From assembly GCA_041657385.1 (NCBI GenBank), contig JBBABZ010000004.1:1867-65866 (forward strand): a stretch of 64,000 nt of DNA, written 5' to 3'. Shown here piece by piece: positions 60,678 through 64,000 of this stretch. The position numbers and the translations under genes are program-made. This DNA is from Minisyncoccota bacterium. Its GTDB lineage: Bacteria; Patescibacteriota; Minisyncoccia; Minisyncoccales; JAQTVQ01. The first letter of the stretch is position 1. Every line of letters begins with the position of its first letter. A model generated the notes under the pieces. That model searched no databases, was not told where the DNA came from, and saw nothing but the letters and a program-made list of their open reading frames with translations.

Positions 60678-61607
60678 TCATTTTATCGCCTTCATCAGCG
60701 GAGGCAAAATATCTTTTTTGCGCGACATTGCTTTTTCGAGATAAACGGAACCGCCAACAACTTTTTTGCCAAACGCTTTTTCCATAGACTCAATATCTCC
60801 GGCAATCAAAACTTCCGAACCTTCATTTATAATATCCGTAATCATTAAAGCCATAAAAGAAAAACTTTCTTTTTGCGCAATTTCAGCCATTTTTTCCAAA
60901 AGCTCGGCTTTCTTCTCTTTGGCCTCCCCTAATTCCACTACTTCTATTTGTCCAATCCCGAATTTTTTTCCGCTGGCCTCAAAAGCCTTGAAATCGGAAT
61001 AAATTATTTTTTCAGCGGTTAGTCCTTTCAGGCTCGCCTTTTGTTTCTTTATTTCTATGCCGAATTTTTTCAAATTTTTGATCTTGGCTTTTGGGCCAAG
61101 CTTTTTGGCAATTTCAATATCTGTTTTGGTGGTGGTGGCTGATTTAAAAACCACGGTGTCCGACAAAATGGCTGAAACCAAAAGACCGGCCAATTGAGGA
61201 GTGATCTTAAATTTCTTATCAGCCAGCATTTTTTTGGCAACCAAGGTCGCGGTTGAACCAACCGGCTCGGCATGGACAATAATAGGCTCGGAGCAGATAA
61301 ACCCTATTTTATGGTGGTCTAAAATTTCAATAATTTTAGCTTCTTCAATACCATCAGGACTTTGGCTTTTTTCGTTGTGGTCAACTAAGACCAGCTTCTG
61401 GCCGGCAACCGACTCCAGTTTAGCCGGAGATTTTATTTTGAAATAGTCCAGCACAAACTGGGTTTCCGGGTTGATCTCGCCGAAAACAGCCGGAACAGCA
61501 TTAATCCTGCACGTTTTTTTCAAATAAGCGGAGTAAGCAATTGCCGAACAAACCGTATCGGTATCGGGCGACTTATGGCCAATGACATAAACTGTTTCTT
61601 TTTCCAT
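60678..61607 (-). CDS. ppaC: Manganese-dependent inorganic pyrophosphatase (family II, DHH)
   Basis: It contains VIGHKSPDTDTVCSAIAYS and ILDHHKIG in 309 aa. Confidence 0.88.
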   Translation of the reverse strand: MEKETVYVIGHKSPDTDTVCSAIAYSAYLKKTCRINAVPAVFGEINPETQFVLDYFKIKSPAKLESVAGQKLVLVDHNEKSQSPDGIEEAKIIEILDHHKIGFICSEPIIVHAEPVGSTATLVAKKMLADKKFKITPQLAGLLVSAILSDTVVFKSATTTKTDIEIAKKLGPKAKIKNLKKFGIEIKKQKASLKGLTAEKIIYSDFKAFEASGKKFGIGQIEVVELGEAKEKKAELLEKMAEIAQKESFSFMALMITDIINEGSEVLIAGDIESMEKAFGKKVVGGSVYLEKAMSRKKDILPPLMKAIK

Positions 61608-61678
61608 ACTTTATTTTTATTACTTAAATTTATTTATCGATTTTTAGATATCTTATAAAAATACGGCTAGATTGGCAA

Positions 61679-64000
61679 TCACGCCCGATGTTTAGCGCTA
61701 GCAAGCGCCATTTTTGCTGCTGGGTTTTTCCAAACATAGCGAAAATAAGCCAGCTTTACTATTTCGCTGGTTGCGAAATAACAAGAGACCAAAAGCAGAA
61801 CGATTAACAGCTGTCCGACGGCTGGCGCTGCGAAGTGGAAAAATCCCTGGCCGAGAAAAGTAAAGGGCAGAGAAAAAATTATCAAAGCGTCTAAGATAGT
61901 AAATAGGATAAGGGACAGCCCAGGCCTTTTTGCCTTTAGGAAAAAATGGCGCGTGCGGATTATGAAAATTAAAACAATTTCAGTAAGAATACTCTCTATA
62001 AACCAAAGGGTTTGGATAGTACTGGGCGCGGCTTTATAAAAAATGGCGAAGAAAATAAAATCGAATACCGTGCTGACCAAAGCCAAAGCCACGATAAACG
62101 GAATAGAATGGCTTAACTGATAATATTTCGGTTTTTTAAGCTCTTCCGGGTCAACATTGTCGCTAGCTATCGAGATCAGCGGAAAATCGGACAAAAGGTT
62201 TCCAAGTAAAATTTGGATAGGCAGCATCGGCAAAAAATACTGCTTCAACAAAACCGGTATTAAAAGAGAGATGACGGCAATCGAATAAAAATTGCCAAAA
62301 TTGCTGGCCAGAGCGCACTTTATATATTTGTTTATATTTGAAAAGATGTTGCGTCCGTTTTTGATGCCGTTGATAATGGCCCGCAAATCTTTTTCCAAAA
62401 GCACGACATCGGCCGCCTCGCGAGGAACATCGGCCGCTTCTTTTACCACGATCCCGACATTGGCTATTTTAAGGGCAGGAGTATCATTGATGCCTTCCCC
62501 CAAAAATCCAACCTCAAACTTTTTTTGCAGGCTTTTGATTATATTTAATTTTGTCTGCGGAGAAACCCTGGCAAAAACAGAAAATTTTTCGCAGGCTTCG
62601 GCAAAATCGCTTTCAGGCATTGCTTCCAATTCTTTCCCGAGAATAACCTCATTTAAATTTTTGATAAGGCTGACTTGCTGGGCTACCGCGGCGGCCACTT
62701 CTTTGCTGTCGCCCGTTAAAACTTTTATTTTTACGCCCATTTTCCTGGCCAGACTGATCGCCTCTTTAGCAGTATCTTTAAGAGGATCGATAAATGAAAA
62801 AAATCCCAAAAAGGTTAAGCCCTTTTCGTCGCTTTCCAAGTATCTATTCTTATTCTTGCTTATTTTCTTAAAAGCGACCGCCAAACTGCGTTTTCCTTGC
62901 TTTCCATCCTTTAATAATTCTTCTTCTGCCGCCTTCCTGGTTAATCCTTCTTCAAACTTAGAGCATAGGCTTAAAATGATCTCCGGGGCTCCTTTGACTA
63001 TTAAAAATTTATCCCCTTTTTCGTCTTCTATTAATGAGCTGGCGCGCATACGGACACTGTCGAAAGATATATTAAAGACCTCTTTGAACATTCCCATTTG
63101 CCGCTTTAACGAATTGGTCATTTTTTTCAGTTGGGCTTTGTCGAAAGGATTGGCCAAAGATTCTATGTCTTCCTTCATTGCCGATGAGGCTAAAAGAGAG
63201 AATAGCAGGCATTTGTCTTTATTGGCAGAAAAAATCCTTTCAAGGCGAAGCTTGTTCTCGGTCAGGGTCCCTGTTTTATCAGTGCAAAGGATCTCAATAT
63301 CGCCTAGATCTTCAATGGCCGACAGCCTTTTTACCACTATTTTTTCTTTAGCCATCTTTACCGCTCCTCTGGAAAGGGCAAAAGTAACAACCAAAGGCAA
63401 AGCCTCGGGAAGAATACTTACGATCAAAGCGATGGAAAAGACCAAAAATTCCGAAAAATTAGTCCGTCCGGAATTGATAAAAAGATCGGCCAAAAAAACC
63501 AAAAGAATGGTCGAAACGACTATTCTTAAAATAATATTAGAAAAATGGAATAAGTTTTTTTCGTAAGCGCTTTCCCTGGAAGAGGTGGAAACCAATTTGG
63601 TGATCTCGCCGAAAACCGTATCTTTTCCAGTCGCCACCACTGCCCCTTTAGCTTTTCCGGAAATAACCGAAGTTCCGGCGAACGCAATATTTTTTGCTTC
63701 AAATATTTCTTTCGCTCCATTGGCGATAGTTTCCCTGTTTTTTTGGAGAGGAACCGATTCTCCGCTTAAAACCGATTCATCTATTAAGAAATTTTCTTCT
63801 TTAATAATCCGGACATCGGCCGGAACGATGTCTCCCGACTCCAGCATCAGGATATCGCCGGGAACAAGAAATTTTTTATCTATATCCAGCTCAACTCCTT
63901 TTCTTAAAACCCTGGCTTTGGCGGAAAAATATTTCTTCAAAAGGGAAACAGCGCGATGCGCACGGCTTTCTTGTAAAAATCCCAGGGAAACATTGATAAA
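61679..64000 (-). CDS. P-type cation-transporting ATPase (Mg/Ca type), N-terminus beyond the window
   Basis: It contains LCTDKTGTLTENK, GEGINDTPALK and TGES-region context. The frame stays open upstream of the tracked TTG start through position 64000 (..FINVSLGFLQESRAHRAVSLLKKYF). Confidence 0.9.
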   Translation of the reverse strand, partial: FINVSLGFLQESRAHRAVSLLKKYFSAKARVLRKGVELDIDKKFLVPGDILMLESGDIVPADVRIIKEENFLIDESVLSGESVPLQKNRETIANGAKEIFEAKNIAFAGTSVISGKAKGAVVATGKDTVFGEITKLVSTSSRESAYEKNLFHFSNIILRIVVSTILLVFLADLFINSGRTNFSEFLVFSIALIVSILPEALPLVVTFALSRGAVKMAKEKIVVKRLSAIEDLGDIEILCTDKTGTLTENKLRLERIFSANKDKCLLFSLLASSAMKEDIESLANPFDKAQLKKMTNSLKRQMGMFKEVFNISFDSVRMRASSLIEDEKGDKFLIVKGAPEIILSLCSKFEEGLTRKAAEEELLKDGKQGKRSLAVAFKKISKNKNRYLESDEKGLTFLGFFSFIDPLKDTAKEAISLARKMGVKIKVLTGDSKEVAAAVAQQVSLIKNLNEVILGKELEAMPESDFAEACEKFSVFARVSPQTKLNIIKSLQKKFEVGFLGEGINDTPALKIANVGIVVKEAADVPREAADVVLLEKDLRAIINGIKNGRNIFSNINKYIKCALASNFGNFYSIAVISLLIPVLLKQYFLPMLPIQILLGNLLSDFPLISIASDNVDPEELKKPKYYQLSHSIPFIVALALVSTVFDFIFFAIFYKAAPSTIQTLWFIESILTEIVLIFIIRTRHFFLKAKRPGLSLILFTILDALIIFSLPFTFLGQGFFHFAAPAVGQLLIVLLLVSCYFATSEIVKLAYFRYVWKNPAAKMALASAKHRA

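Noticed and set aside
62292-63566. A 424-aa + strand ORF, the longest + ORF in this part of the track
   Set aside because: It is antisense to the P-type ATPase gene, whose minus-strand translation carries canonical DKTGTLT and GxGxNDxPAL motifs. The + product is low-complexity Ser/Leu/Phe/Lys sequence with no motifs. This is a typical shadow ORF in AT-rich DNA.
1-64000. Alternative genetic code (UGA recoding, as in some CPR lineages)
   Set aside because: Housekeeping genes are full length under code 11. UGA also functions as a stop in ATGA start/stop overlaps, for example at 6276-6279 and 21435-21438.

Overview
This is a low-GC bacterial window, roughly 35-40% GC by eye. It resembles a Candidate Phyla Radiation / Patescibacteria (Parcubacteria-like) genome, which is an inference. 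Genes are tightly packed and mostly on the minus strand. Several housekeeping enzymes are archaeal-type: class I LysRS, isopentenyl phosphate kinase, SipW-type signal peptidase and Ino1-type inositol-phosphate synthase. The genetic code is standard 11. No rRNA, tRNA, CRISPR array, integrase or transposase was recognised. Housekeeping genes include lysK, pheST, murC, thpR, trpS, glnA, efp, rlmN, ychF, cysK and ppaC, plus a MacAB-like ABC exporter, an ECF sigma/anti-sigma pair and a P-type ATPase that runs off the right edge. The most interesting content is as follows. (1) Nine paralogous 9-TM sensor-like membrane proteins lie at 2.5-13.4 kb and 43.6-45.7 kb. Eight end in a near-invariant C-terminal helix, ELEKWYKLTIGREVRMAELKEKIKE. 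Only one carries a histidine-kinase core. Their coiled-coil linkers are 17, 24 or 31 residues long, and decayed 3' ends of lost paralogs remain nearby. (2) A RiPP-like operon at 13.5-19.0 kb has three radical-SAM/SPASM enzymes, a PqqD-like protein, a methyltransferase, a frameshifted PP-loop ATPase and an untracked 37-aa candidate precursor ORF. About 155-bp direct repeats bracket it. (3) A GAF-ANTAR regulator lies directly upstream of glnA, whose leader has two AxxGxx hexaloop hairpins overlapping a terminator. (4) An untracked 37-aa ORF with 7 Cys codons, followed by competing terminator/antiterminator pairings, lies upstream of cysK. (5) A SipW/TasA-like fibre locus is followed by four promoter-leader-miniORF-terminator modules. 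(6) Several intergenic repeat families occur, including a terminator-linked element carrying a perfect DnaA-box 9-mer. All calls were made by eye from the sequence and ORF track; no searches or folding computations were run.
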